Positions 47,631-57,669 of a stretch of 64,000 bases of DNA are shown here, in pieces. Made by a program: the position numbers and the translations under genes. Positions within the stretch are counted from its first letter, which is position 1. Every line of letters begins with the position of its first letter. The notes under the pieces were generated by a model, which saw only the letters and a program-made list of their open reading frames with translations, was not told the DNA's origin and did no database searches. The DNA is from Candidatus Hecatella orcuttiae (GTDB lineage: Archaea > Thermoproteota > Bathyarchaeia > Hecatellales > Hecatellaceae): the NCBI GenBank assembly GCA_002011035.2, contig MTLY02000003.1, forward strand, positions 544,001 to 608,000, in the 5' to 3' direction.

Positions 47631-48938
47631 TCAGCTTAAAGCCTTCAGCGAATCGTCAAGTCTCTCCAATACGGTTTTTATCTGTTCCTCCGTTATGCAG
47701 AGGGGCGGCTGCAACCTTATGACGTTACCGTAGACTCCGCCTACGTTCACCAGTACGCCTTTTTTCGCCATGTTTACTCTGATATTATTCGCCTCCTCTT
47801 TTGCAGGCTCCTTGGTTTTCTGGTCTCTAACAAGCTCGACTCCGAGCATCAAACCTCTTCCTCGCACATCCCCGATCAACGGATATTTTTCTGCAAGTTC
47901 TCCGAGTCCTTCCATAAAGACTCTTCCTCGTTGAGCACTCTTCTCCACCAATTTTTCTTCGAGCAAAACGTTGATGTTTTCCAGCGCTCCGGCACATACG
48001 ATAGCGTTGCCGCCGTATGTTCCACAGTGGTCAACAGAAACGAAGACTTCAGCTACTTCGTCAGTTACTATGGTTGCTGCGATGGGTAAGCCGCTTGCAA
48101 TGCCCTTGGCAACAGCCATTATGTCCGGCTCTACGTTGAAGAGTTCCACAGCGAACATTTTACCCGTTCTACCGAAACCGGTTTGTATTTCGTCGGCGAT
48201 ATAAAGGGCGCCATGTTCCTTGAAAATCTTCACTACCACTGAAAGGTATTCATCGGGCGGAACGATGATTCCCCCCTCCCCGAATATTGGCTCAGAAATG
48301 AAGGCGGCGACATCGCCTGTGGTTTCGTACTTAATCAAGTTTTCCACGTAACTTGCGCATTGGAGACCACATTCAGGGTATGTCAGCCTGTAAAAGCAAC
48401 GATAACAGTAGGGAGCTGGAGCGTGGATCACGCCCGGATGCACGTAGGTGCTGAGGCCTTGCTTGTACTTATTTTGGCCTGTCAGAGCCATGGCGTAGGA
48501 TGTTCTCCCATGAAAAGACCCCGTTAACGCAACAATTTCAGCGCCGCCTCTTCCACGTTTTTTGAAGGCGTATTTTTTGGCGAGCTTCACAGCGTTCTCA
48601 ACAGCCTCAGCTCCCGAGCTGACGAACATGGTTCTATTTAAGTTTCCCGGAGTTATCTGCGCCAGTTTCTCGGCCAGCAGAGATGTAGGTATCAAATAAT
48701 AGTCCCAGGAGACATGCCATATTTTGGCTACCTGCTCCTGTATGCTCTTAACGATACGAGGATGACAGTATCCAACGTTTGTAACTGAATATCCGCCATG
48801 GCAGTCGATGTACTCTTTACCGTTGACGTCGGTCAGCACCGCGTTCTTTCCTTTCTCAAAAACTATAGGATGTCTTCCCGTCGTATCTCCAGGCAAAATA
48901 TACCTTGTTTGTTTCTTAATAATCTCCTCACTAGACAT
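47631..48938 (-). CDS. Class III (omega-amino acid) aminotransferase
   Basis: SGAEAVENA, SFHGRT, DEIQTGFGRTG, AKGIASG. Confidence 0.93.
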   Translation of the reverse strand: MSSEEIIKKQTRYILPGDTTGRHPIVFEKGKNAVLTDVNGKEYIDCHGGYSVTNVGYCHPRIVKSIQEQVAKIWHVSWDYYLIPTSLLAEKLAQITPGNLNRTMFVSSGAEAVENAVKLAKKYAFKKRGRGGAEIVALTGSFHGRTSYAMALTGQNKYKQGLSTYVHPGVIHAPAPYCYRCFYRLTYPECGLQCASYVENLIKYETTGDVAAFISEPIFGEGGIIVPPDEYLSVVVKIFKEHGALYIADEIQTGFGRTGKMFAVELFNVEPDIMAVAKGIASGLPIAATIVTDEVAEVFVSVDHCGTYGGNAIVCAGALENINVLLEEKLVEKSAQRGRVFMEGLGELAEKYPLIGDVRGRGLMLGVELVRDQKTKEPAKEEANNIRVNMAKKGVLVNVGGVYGNVIRLQPPLCITEEQIKTVLERLDDSLKALS

Positions 48939-49030
48939 GGTATCATCCTATTGAAATATGGTAGACTGATACGTTATTAAAATATTTTTATACAGATTTC
49001 GTACTAAAAAATGGCGGGTGGCTGGATGAG

Positions 49031-50287
49031 ATGGAGGTCAAAAAAAAGATTCTTCAACATATTGATCAACATAAAAACGAAATCGTGGAGTTTCTGCGAA
49101 GTCTGATAAGAATACCCAGCGTAACCGGCTCGGAGAAAGAAATTTCAAATTTTATCGCAAAAAAACTTGATTCTCTCGGTCTTGAAGTTGATGTTTGGGA
49201 GCCGAACTTAAACGAGCTGAAGAAACATCCAGGATACGTATCGGTGGAGATGGACTATAAAGACCGGCCTAACGTGGTAGGCGTATGGAAGGGTGCCGGC
49301 GGAGGAAAATCTCTGCTTTTCAACGGGCATCTGGATGTGATTAACGCTGATCCCAGCGTATGGAAACATAACCCTTGGGGCGGAGAGATCGAAAATGGCC
49401 AACTGTATGGTAGAGGAGCGTCTGACATGAAAAGTGGATTAGCCGCCATGACAATGGCCTTAGCCTGCATAATCGAAGTAGGAATCAGACTCAAAGGCGA
49501 TGTAATCTTGGAATATGTGGTAGACGAAGAGTTCACTGGCCACGGAACATTAGACTGTATCTTGAGAAACTATAAGGCGGATGCGGGAGTAAGCTGCGAG
49601 GCAAGCGACCTTGAAGTTCAGCCAGCAGCCACGGGCAGTATGTGGTTTGAAATAAAGGTCGACGGCAAATCAGCTTCCATGTCGAGGATATGGGAGGCGG
49701 TAAGCGCCATCGAAAAGGGTCATGTGGTCCACAAGGCAATTCAAGATTATCAAACTGTCAGATTCGAGAAACGTCATCCCTTATATCCGGATCCAAAGGG
49801 TGCTCTTGCCTGTTTTGCAGGCATTTTTCAAGCTGGGTCTTATCCTAGTTCTCCTCCTGATACTTGTACAATAAAAGGGAGGATGGGGGTTCTGCCTAAC
49901 GAGGATCCCGCCGATGTTAAACGGGAATTCATAGAATACATTGAAAATGCCGCGAAAAAGGATCCTTGGCTCAGGGAACATTTACCTAGGGTGGAGTTTA
50001 CAGGTTATTATGCTGAGCCAGCGGAAATTCCAGCAGATCATCCCATCTGTACCACTGTAATTAGCTCTTTCGAGGAAGCGACCATGAAAAAGCCTGTTGT
50101 ACGCGGTCATGAAGGCGCAGCTGACACTCGATTCCTGATAAAGTATGGTGCAACGCCTACTGTCATTTTTGGTCCTGGAACCATAACGCAGATGCATGCC
50201 ACAGACGAGTGGGTGAGAATAGAGGATTTGATAACCTCGGTAAAAGTTCTAGCTTTAACGATTCTCAACTGGTGTGGTTGGGAGTAA
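49031..50287 (+). CDS. ArgE/DapE-family M20 deacylase
   Basis: NGHLDV, GRGASDMKSG, VDEE, MHATDE. Confidence 0.92.
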   Translation: MEVKKKILQHIDQHKNEIVEFLRSLIRIPSVTGSEKEISNFIAKKLDSLGLEVDVWEPNLNELKKHPGYVSVEMDYKDRPNVVGVWKGAGGGKSLLFNGHLDVINADPSVWKHNPWGGEIENGQLYGRGASDMKSGLAAMTMALACIIEVGIRLKGDVILEYVVDEEFTGHGTLDCILRNYKADAGVSCEASDLEVQPAATGSMWFEIKVDGKSASMSRIWEAVSAIEKGHVVHKAIQDYQTVRFEKRHPLYPDPKGALACFAGIFQAGSYPSSPPDTCTIKGRMGVLPNEDPADVKREFIEYIENAAKKDPWLREHLPRVEFTGYYAEPAEIPADHPICTTVISSFEEATMKKPVVRGHEGAADTRFLIKYGATPTVIFGPGTITQMHATDEWVRIEDLITSVKVLALTILNWCGWE

Positions 50288-50462
50288 AGCGGTATACGCT
50301 CAATTAATCTTACATAGAGCTGAGTGCTGTAGCAATTTCTGAGACAATCATAAGCTGACTGATTTTTCATAAATTTTCTATCAACAGCCTTTTTGATTTT
50401 TTTTAGTTATCAAGGAGTTAGTGAACAATAAATTTAATTAATGGAATCCCTTAATTTTTATC

Positions 50463-51782
50463 ATGAGTCGCGTAGCCATTTCGAAACTCGTTTCACCTGT
50501 CGATGAAAGCAAAATATTTGATGCCGTCAAGTCAGTACTCGACAAGCTTGGAGGCATAGAGAAGTTCGTCAGTCCAGGGGAAATGGTTTTAATAAAACCG
50601 AATTTTGTAAGTCCCAGACCACCACCGGTCACAACTGACATCCGCGTTATTAAAGCATTGGCCCTTCAGATAAAAGAAACTGGAGCTAAGCCCATAATCG
50701 GCGAGGGATCCTCAGCTATGACTCATTGGTGGCGCGAAGGAATGACTACAGAGGATGTCATGGACCTCTTGGGCGTTTCAGACATGGCCAAAGAGATAGG
50801 GGTTGAACTCATACCTTTCGATAGAAAAGGTGTATTCAAAAGCCGAATGACGCTGATACCCGACGCTGTTTTGATGAAAAAGGCGGAGATAGCTGAATTG
50901 GCGTTGGAAGCTGATAAAATAATACCTTTGCCGGTTTTAAAAACAAGCATGGAAGGCGGGGGTATAACCTGTTGCATAAAAGTTTTGCATGCACTTACCA
51001 ATGCTCAGAGTGACAGGCTGCGTTGGCATCGTTCAGACCTATGGCAAAAGCTGATTGATCTCTTCAGACTTGTAAAGCCGAAAATACCTTTCTGCTTGGT
51101 CGACGGCCTTGTAGGCATGGAGGGCGATGGGCCGATCCACGGTACGCCCGTGAACATGAATTTGATTCTGGCAGGCGATGACCCTGTATCCACAGATGCC
51201 ATAGCTGCTAAGATTATAGGTTTTGAATATCCCCATCGAGAGATAGGACCGATAGCGTTGGCGCATTCTCAAGGATTAGGAATGGGGGATCCTTCTCAAA
51301 TCGAGGTGATGGGAGAGAAAGTCGATGAGGTTAAAAAGAGGTTTCTGATGGCTTCATGCGAAATAATCACTCCCCCCTTTGAAAACGTTCTAGTCTACGA
51401 AGGTGCAACTTGCAGGGGGTGTAAAGCTTGGATAAAATTCTTGTTATACATGTTGAGAGACACAGGGATCTTCGAAGACTTGAAGAGGCTGGATAAAAAA
51501 CTCTTCTTCTTTACAGGGCTTGAACCGCCCTTCCCAACAGATTTGGAGGAACTTCGAGAACTTTCTAAAAAAGGAGTGATACTGGTGTACGGTGACTGTT
51601 CAACGAATACCACAAAACATTCTTACTGGGTTCTGAAGCAAGGAGAATTGAAAGGGAAAATTATCCTCATACCGGGTTGCCCGCCTTTTGATAGCGCCCA
51701 GCAAGCAACACAAATCAGGGACGCATTAGGTCTGGAAACCACGGAAAAGGAAGAGGAAGCCTTCAAATACGTTCCAACATGA
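50463..51782 (+). CDS. DUF362 Fe-S protein with C-terminal CxxC...GDC...GCPP domain
   Basis: LIKPN, LPVLKT, DGLVGMEGDGP, DPVSTD. Confidence 0.85.
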   Translation: MSRVAISKLVSPVDESKIFDAVKSVLDKLGGIEKFVSPGEMVLIKPNFVSPRPPPVTTDIRVIKALALQIKETGAKPIIGEGSSAMTHWWREGMTTEDVMDLLGVSDMAKEIGVELIPFDRKGVFKSRMTLIPDAVLMKKAEIAELALEADKIIPLPVLKTSMEGGGITCCIKVLHALTNAQSDRLRWHRSDLWQKLIDLFRLVKPKIPFCLVDGLVGMEGDGPIHGTPVNMNLILAGDDPVSTDAIAAKIIGFEYPHREIGPIALAHSQGLGMGDPSQIEVMGEKVDEVKKRFLMASCEIITPPFENVLVYEGATCRGCKAWIKFLLYMLRDTGIFEDLKRLDKKLFFFTGLEPPFPTDLEELRELSKKGVILVYGDCSTNTTKHSYWVLKQGELKGKIILIPGCPPFDSAQQATQIRDALGLETTEKEEEAFKYVPT

Positions 51783-51863
51783 AGTTTCCAAAATACGTCG
51801 AAAACAAAATCTTTATTAAAATTTAGAAAAATTCTCATTGGTGGGAAAAAGGGATTCGCATCG

Positions 51864-51980
51864 ATGGCTAACAGCACCATGAGATGCGCCGGATGCGGCA
51901 GAGAAATAGCTAAGGGGCAGGAGTTTATCATACGCGGTAAAGCATACTGTTTAAACTGCCGATTTCCCATCGGAGGGTAA
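51864..51980 (+). CDS. 38-aa zinc-finger microprotein
   Basis: Below the ORF-track cutoff: MANSTMRCAGCGREIAKGQEFIIRGKAYCLNCRFPIGG. Confidence 0.6.
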   Translation: MANSTMRCAGCGREIAKGQEFIIRGKAYCLNCRFPIGG

Positions 51981-52188
51981 ACCTCTGTATCGTCTTTACT
52001 TTTATACTAAGCTCACCATTAATTTTCTCTTTTAAGCTGAATATTACCTAACGATCTTGCGGCCATCCACCTTATTTGTGGATAACCGGGGAAGTTAACG
52101 TCGGAGTGGAATGGGGGATCCGAGGCCAGCTTGAAGACTTGTTTACGAACCGTAAAACTTAAATTCCCTGTGTAGTGATCGCATCCCT

Positions 52189-53058
52189 ATGAGGAAGTTT
52201 TTTAGACCTAGAGAGTATTTTAAACCCGAAACCCTCGAGGAGGCTTTGAATTTACTTGCTAAATATGGGGAATCGGCGAGACCTATTGCAGGCGGCACCG
52301 ATCTGCTGGTTAAGAAGCCGCCTGAAGTTGAGTATTTAATAGACATCGCTTCCTTGCCCTTGGATTACATCAAAAACGATGGGGAATACCTGAAGATCGG
52401 CTCTTTGTCCACCTTCCACAGCATAGAGACTTCCAGTCTGTTTAAGGAAGGCGCGTATCGGATATTGGCGGAATCGGCTCATGATTTTGGCCAAGCCACC
52501 GTTAAGAATATGGCGACCATCGGGGGTAACGTGTGCAGCGCTGTTCCTTCCGCGGATTTTCCCCCGGTTTTGATGGTCTTAGACGCTAAAGCTAAGATAG
52601 TCAGTCTGGCTGGGGAGAGGATTGTTTCCATGGAAGAATTTTTTGCGGGCGTAAGGAAAACCGTTCTGAGGAGCGACGAGTTGCTTGTAGAGTTTCAGAT
52701 ACCTAAACCTCCGCCCCATACAGGAGCGGCATTCTACAAGCTGGGAAGGACCAGCGTGGACATCGCCCTTGTGAACGCGGCCGCACGAATAACCTTAAGG
52801 TCGGACGGTGTCTGCGAAGATGCGAGGATAGCTCTAGGCGCAGTCGCTCCTACCCCTATCAGAGCCAAGGGGGCAGAAAAATTACTTCGGAAAAAGGAGA
52901 TAGACGAGGCTCTTGTGGAAGAAGCAAGTCAAACAGCGTCCGAAGAGACGAAGCCTATAAGTGATGTTCGTTCCTCAGCCGAGTATAGAAAGGAGATGAG
53001 TAAGGTTTTGGTAAAGAGGGTATTACAAAAATCCCTGAAAAGGGCGAAGGGAGAGTGA
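52189..53058 (+). CDS. Xanthine-dehydrogenase-family FAD subunit (CoxM-like)
   Basis: AGGTDL, ATIGGN, PSAD, SDVRSSAEYR. Confidence 0.93.
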   Translation: MRKFFRPREYFKPETLEEALNLLAKYGESARPIAGGTDLLVKKPPEVEYLIDIASLPLDYIKNDGEYLKIGSLSTFHSIETSSLFKEGAYRILAESAHDFGQATVKNMATIGGNVCSAVPSADFPPVLMVLDAKAKIVSLAGERIVSMEEFFAGVRKTVLRSDELLVEFQIPKPPPHTGAAFYKLGRTSVDIALVNAAARITLRSDGVCEDARIALGAVAPTPIRAKGAEKLLRKKEIDEALVEEASQTASEETKPISDVRSSAEYRKEMSKVLVKRVLQKSLKRAKGE

Positions 53059-53065
53059 AGAAAGA

Positions 53066-53551
53066 TTGGGGGATTCTTTGATCAAATTAAATGTGAACGG
53101 GGAAATCCACGAGGTGAGGGTAAAGCCGTATTGGACGCTGCTCCGCGTTCTCAGAAACGAGCTGGGTCTAACTGGGGCAAAGCTGGGCTGTGGCAGAGGG
53201 GAATGTGGCGCTTGCACTGTCCTCATGGATGGGAAGCCGATTCTTTCCTGTTTGACACTGGCGGCTAGGGCTGAAGGTAAGAAAATAGTCACCATCGAAG
53301 GATTGGCGGAAGGACTCAAACTACATCCTTTACAGGAGGCTTTTATTAAAAACGGCGCAATCCAATGTGGTTTTTGCACATCTGGAATGATACTTTCCGC
53401 CAAAGCCTTGTTAGACCGGAATCTCAACCCAACCGAAGAAGAGGTAAGAGAAGCCCTTTCAGGTAACCTCTGCAGGTGTACCGGCTATGTTAAGCCGGTT
53501 AAAGCAGTACTGGAAGCCGCTGAAATAATGAGGAAAGGTGGAAGTAGGTGA
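53066..53551 (+). CDS. Xanthine-dehydrogenase-family 2x[2Fe-2S] subunit (CoxS-like)
   Basis: GCGRGECGACT, QCGFC, NLCRCTGY. Confidence 0.95.
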   Translation: MGDSLIKLNVNGEIHEVRVKPYWTLLRVLRNELGLTGAKLGCGRGECGACTVLMDGKPILSCLTLAARAEGKKIVTIEGLAEGLKLHPLQEAFIKNGAIQCGFCTSGMILSAKALLDRNLNPTEEEVREALSGNLCRCTGYVKPVKAVLEAAEIMRKGGSR

Positions 53552-55824
53552 GCGAGAAAGAGCTGTCAGTAGTCGGAAAACCTCTCCCAAAGATAGATGC
53601 CTATGAGAAAGCTGTTGGAAAAGCGAGATATACAGTAGACCTAAACCTACCAGGAATGCTTCACGCTAAAATCCTGAGAAGTCCCTACGCTCATGCGAGG
53701 ATCTTAAAAATAGACACAAGTAAAGCTGAGAGACTGCCGGGCGTGAAAGCCGTTCTTTCTCACAAGGAGGCTCGCATAATTTTGGGGGATGAAGCTGTCT
53801 TAGACGATAAAGTACGGTATGTGGGTGATAAGGTAGCCGCTGTAGCGGCCACAAGCGAGGAGGCAGCGGAAGAGGCATTGGAGTTGATAGAGGTGAAATA
53901 TGAAGTTTTACCAGCGGTCTTCGACCCTGAGGAAGCTATGAAGCCGGAGGCGCCCATAATTCACCCAGATGTGCCTTTGGTAAAGGGCAAAGGCAACCTG
54001 AGGGATCCTGTATTTGACTATGGTGTAGGTGACGTGGAAAAAGGGTTCAAAGAGGCTGATTACGTATTTGAGAACAGGTACACGACTCAGCGGCAAGCTC
54101 ACTGTTGCCTTGAACCAGACGTGGGTATAGCCAGCTGGGATCCCAGCGGAAAGTTAACATACTGGACATCGGTGCAAGGCGCGTTCATTGTGCGCGGCAT
54201 CCTAGCCAGAGGTCTAAACATGCCTGAGAACATGATCAGAGTTATTGTGCCTCCTGTCGGTGGAGGTTTTGGAGCTAAATACGGCCGTTTGGAGGATGTT
54301 CTTTGCGCTTTGCTAGCTAAGAAGACTGGCAGACCCGTGAAGCTGGAGTGCAGCAGAGAAGAAGAATTCGTCACCACCCGAGTACGTTCCTACAGTGTCT
54401 TCTGGACTAAAACAGGCGTAAAAAAAGACGGCACTTTCACCGCGAGATATGTGAGAGCCATCATAGACATGGGAGCTTACGCCTACGGCATCTACATGGC
54501 GCAGAGAGCCGGAGCTTGGCTGATAACTCCCTACAGCTGTCCTAACTGCAGATATGAAGGCTACGCTGTCTACACCAACACGCCCAGCTCTGGGGCGTTT
54601 CGAGGATTTAGCAGTGTGCCTATTCACTTCGCTTTGGAATCGGAAATAAACAGAATCGCTGAAGAGCTGGGGATAGATCCTCTTGAATTTCGGATGAAAA
54701 ACCGTAGAAAAACAGGCGAGATAAACCCTTATAACAACGTCCCAATTGACGCAAAAGGTTTTGATGAATGTATGGTGAAGGGAGCTGAGCGCATAGGGTG
54801 GCGGAGAAAACGTGGGAGAAGGGAGAAGGTTGAAGGCGTAAAGAGGAGAGGCGTGGGGATGGCCATCTCGGTTCATTTCGCCCCTGCTCTCCACCCTGAT
54901 ATGCTAGTTCCCGGGGTCGCTGAGATAAACGTTAACGCTGATGGTACAATTCACTTGTTGATAGGAGTAACGGATATAGGTCAAGGAATAAACACAACCT
55001 GCGCTCAAATTGCAGCTGAAGAGCTGGGAGTCCGCTTAGAAGATGTAACTGTCTCAAACATAGACACAGATGTCAATCCTTGGGGCTGGCTGGTGGCTGC
55101 TAGCTCCACTCTGATGCAGACAGGAGGAGCGGTGAGGGCTGCTGCTGCGAAGGTCAAAAAACAATTGTTCGAGCATGCCGCTAAAATGTTGGAAGTACCC
55201 CCTGAAGAGCTTGAGGCCAAGGATCGGAGAATCTATGTCAAAAAGGAGTCTGAAAGGGGGATAGAAATCTCAGATGTGATCAGGCAGGCGGGTGCTCCCT
55301 CCATTTCTCCCTATTTCGTCGACGCCAAGGCAGCTTATACTTTTGGCGCAAAGGCCACCTATACCGTGCCTATGTACATTCCTCCTTGGGGCGCCCAGTT
55401 TGCCGAAATAGAGGTGGACACTGAAACCGGCCAAGTGAAGGTATTGAGGTTGGTGGCTGCTCATGACGTTGGCAAGGCAATAAACGTCAGCATCGTAGAA
55501 GGGCAGATCGAAGGCTCTCTGCAAAACAGCATAGGTTATGCCCTGACCGAAGAACTTATGCTGGATAAAACTACAGGACAGGTGTTAAATCCTGACTTCT
55601 TAGATTACAAGATCCTTCATACTACTGATATGCCTAAAATCGATGTAATCCTTGTTGAAACAAACAGTCCCGCCGGGGTCTTTGGAGCTAAGGGAGTCGG
55701 TGAGATGGGCCATATTCCCACAGCCGCTGCTATCGCCGACGCTGTATACGATGCAGTGGGCGTGCGGATCAAGGAGCTTCCGCTAACCCCTGAAAAAATC
55801 CTTAAGGCATTGAGAGAAAGATAG
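53548..55824 (+). CDS. Xanthine-dehydrogenase-family molybdopterin subunit
   Basis: GGGFGAK, AFRGF, IGQG, EGQIEG, AKGVGE. Confidence 0.93.
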   Translation: MSEKELSVVGKPLPKIDAYEKAVGKARYTVDLNLPGMLHAKILRSPYAHARILKIDTSKAERLPGVKAVLSHKEARIILGDEAVLDDKVRYVGDKVAAVAATSEEAAEEALELIEVKYEVLPAVFDPEEAMKPEAPIIHPDVPLVKGKGNLRDPVFDYGVGDVEKGFKEADYVFENRYTTQRQAHCCLEPDVGIASWDPSGKLTYWTSVQGAFIVRGILARGLNMPENMIRVIVPPVGGGFGAKYGRLEDVLCALLAKKTGRPVKLECSREEEFVTTRVRSYSVFWTKTGVKKDGTFTARYVRAIIDMGAYAYGIYMAQRAGAWLITPYSCPNCRYEGYAVYTNTPSSGAFRGFSSVPIHFALESEINRIAEELGIDPLEFRMKNRRKTGEINPYNNVPIDAKGFDECMVKGAERIGWRRKRGRREKVEGVKRRGVGMAISVHFAPALHPDMLVPGVAEINVNADGTIHLLIGVTDIGQGINTTCAQIAAEELGVRLEDVTVSNIDTDVNPWGWLVAASSTLMQTGGAVRAAAAKVKKQLFEHAAKMLEVPPEELEAKDRRIYVKKESERGIEISDVIRQAGAPSISPYFVDAKAAYTFGAKATYTVPMYIPPWGAQFAEIEVDTETGQVKVLRLVAAHDVGKAINVSIVEGQIEGSLQNSIGYALTEELMLDKTTGQVLNPDFLDYKILHTTDMPKIDVILVETNSPAGVFGAKGVGEMGHIPTAAAIADAVYDAVGVRIKELPLTPEKILKALRER

Positions 55825-55944
55825 ATCTGCCAACGTTTATCATCTATCATCTTTAGCAGCGAAGTTTCCCTCGCAGAGTTCAGCAAGAAGCTGATATACA
55901 GCGGTTATGATCGAATTTGCCGCGCCTTCCCTTTTCAAGAGCTG

Positions 55945-56754
55945 TTAACGAGTTCTTTTTTCGAGAAGCCCTATGAAGACGCTTAAACCGATGGTTTTGC
56001 TTATGATGAAAATCAGGATAGTGTAGATGAGAATCAAAAAGATCGAAGCAGCTGCGAAGGTTGGGTCAACTTGCTCTCTCATGAAGGTTAAAAGCACCAC
56101 TGGCAGAATTAACGCATCGCTACGGGAGAGAAACACTGAAGCGGTTACCTCGTCTAGAGAGATCACAAAGGCAAAGACTGAAGCTGCTATGATGCCGGGC
56201 TTTATCATGGGGAGAGTAATTCTTCTGAACGCCCGTAGACCGCTCGAACCTAGGACTTTTGCCGATTCCTCTAAGGTTATGTCAAACCCGCTTAGAGTGG
56301 CTGCGATTGCGCGGATAGAAAAGGGTATTGTCAAAATCACGTGAGCTATGGTTAGGTTGAAGAAGCTTATGTAGATTCCCAGGATTCCTCTGAGAAGAAA
56401 AAGTAACGCCGACCCTGTGACAACAGCGGGAACTATTAATGGCATAAAGAATAACATATTCAAAAAATCTTTCCCTCTGAAATTATAACGAACCATACCG
56501 TAGGAGGTTAAAAGCCCTGTTACCACGGATATCGAAACTACCACAGCAGCCAAAATAAGGCTGACTCTGAAGGCGTTGATGAAAACCTCTTCCTGGATAA
56601 ATTTATTGACCCATTTCAGGGAAAAGCCTGGAGGAGGAAATGTGGGCGTGGTCTCCGGGCTGAAAACGATTCCCACCGTCAAAGGCAGAGGAATGAGAAG
56701 GAAGACGACGCTGAATGCTAATACGATTTTAACTAAAATTTTGTGAAGTTCCAT
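55945..56754 (-). CDS. ABC permease (PotC-like)
   Basis: LEESAKVLGS EAA loop, SLDE. Confidence 0.88.
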   Translation of the reverse strand: MELHKILVKIVLAFSVVFLLIPLPLTVGIVFSPETTPTFPPPGFSLKWVNKFIQEEVFINAFRVSLILAAVVVSISVVTGLLTSYGMVRYNFRGKDFLNMLFFMPLIVPAVVTGSALLFLLRGILGIYISFFNLTIAHVILTIPFSIRAIAATLSGFDITLEESAKVLGSSGLRAFRRITLPMIKPGIIAASVFAFVISLDEVTASVFLSRSDALILPVVLLTFMREQVDPTFAAASIFLILIYTILIFIISKTIGLSVFIGLLEKRTR

Positions 56755-56763
56755 CTTTTCTTC

Positions 56764-57669
56764 TCACCTGCCGCCTACGGTCAATCTCGCTGGCATTTTT
56801 TTGCTTGTGAAATAGTTAACTCCGTACCATATTGCCAGAGTATAGGTGAGAAGAACGAAAGCCATGGCAGCGCCCAGTGGATAATTAAGAGTGAACATGA
56901 ATCTCTCGTATATGAAATTGGCTATGAGTGTCACTACCCCGCCGCCTACTATCATGGGAGTGACAAAAGAAGCCACGTTCCACGCGAAAAGAGCTGAGAA
57001 CACTCCGATGACTCCTGGAAGACTGAGAGGCAGAGTGACCCTGATAAAAGTTCTCACAGGGTCTGATCCCAAGGTTTTTGCAGCGTCTTCTAGCGTGGGG
57101 TCGATGTTTTGAAGGGGTCCTATCAGGAAAAGAACAGCGAATACAGCACCCCATTGGCCTAAAGCTATAGTCACAGCGGCTTCATTGTACAGCAGTATGA
57201 CTCTCGACATTCCTAAAAGGCTGAAAAGGTTGTTGATGGTTCCATAATATCCGAGGAGGACTATCCAAGAATAAAGGCGAATGAGGAACGATATAAGAAA
57301 TGAAATGGTCACCGCTACGATGACGAAGCTTCTAGTTTTGGAAGGTTTTGCTCTGACGATCCAAAAGCTTAAGGGATACCCTAAACCTAGGGCGATGAGT
57401 GTCGCTAGGAGAGCTACTCTCAACGTAACTATCATGACCCTTTGGTAAGCGGGTTCAGTGAATATCAGTATATAATTTTCTAGAGTAAACGCTTTCTCTA
57501 TTTGTAAACCTACTAAATGCCTATAAAAACTGAGTTCTCCCATCATAGCTAAGGATACTATGAAAAAACCCATTATAATAAATACGGGGAAGAAAACCAT
57601 GAATTTTAGTTTTTGAAAACTGAATATCGCCTTCAACCTTCCAGTATTAGAGAATCTTCGCATTGCCAT
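56764..57669 (-). CDS. ABC permease (PotB-like)
   Basis: IRLYSW, LEDAAKTLGS, LPLSLPG. Confidence 0.88.
   Translation of the reverse strand: MAMRRFSNTGRLKAIFSFQKLKFMVFFPVFIIMGFFIVSLAMMGELSFYRHLVGLQIEKAFTLENYILIFTEPAYQRVMIVTLRVALLATLIALGLGYPLSFWIVRAKPSKTRSFVIVAVTISFLISFLIRLYSWIVLLGYYGTINNLFSLLGMSRVILLYNEAAVTIALGQWGAVFAVLFLIGPLQNIDPTLEDAAKTLGSDPVRTFIRVTLPLSLPGVIGVFSALFAWNVASFVTPMIVGGGVVTLIANFIYERFMFTLNYPLGAAMAFVLLTYTLAIWYGVNYFTSKKMPARLTVGGR

Noticed and set aside
52189-55824. coxMSL-like cluster as an aerobic CO dehydrogenase replacing the missing cdhAB
   Set aside because: The active-site loop reads AFRGF, not AYxCSFR (form I) or AYxGAGR (form II), so it is a generic xanthine-dehydrogenase-family enzyme
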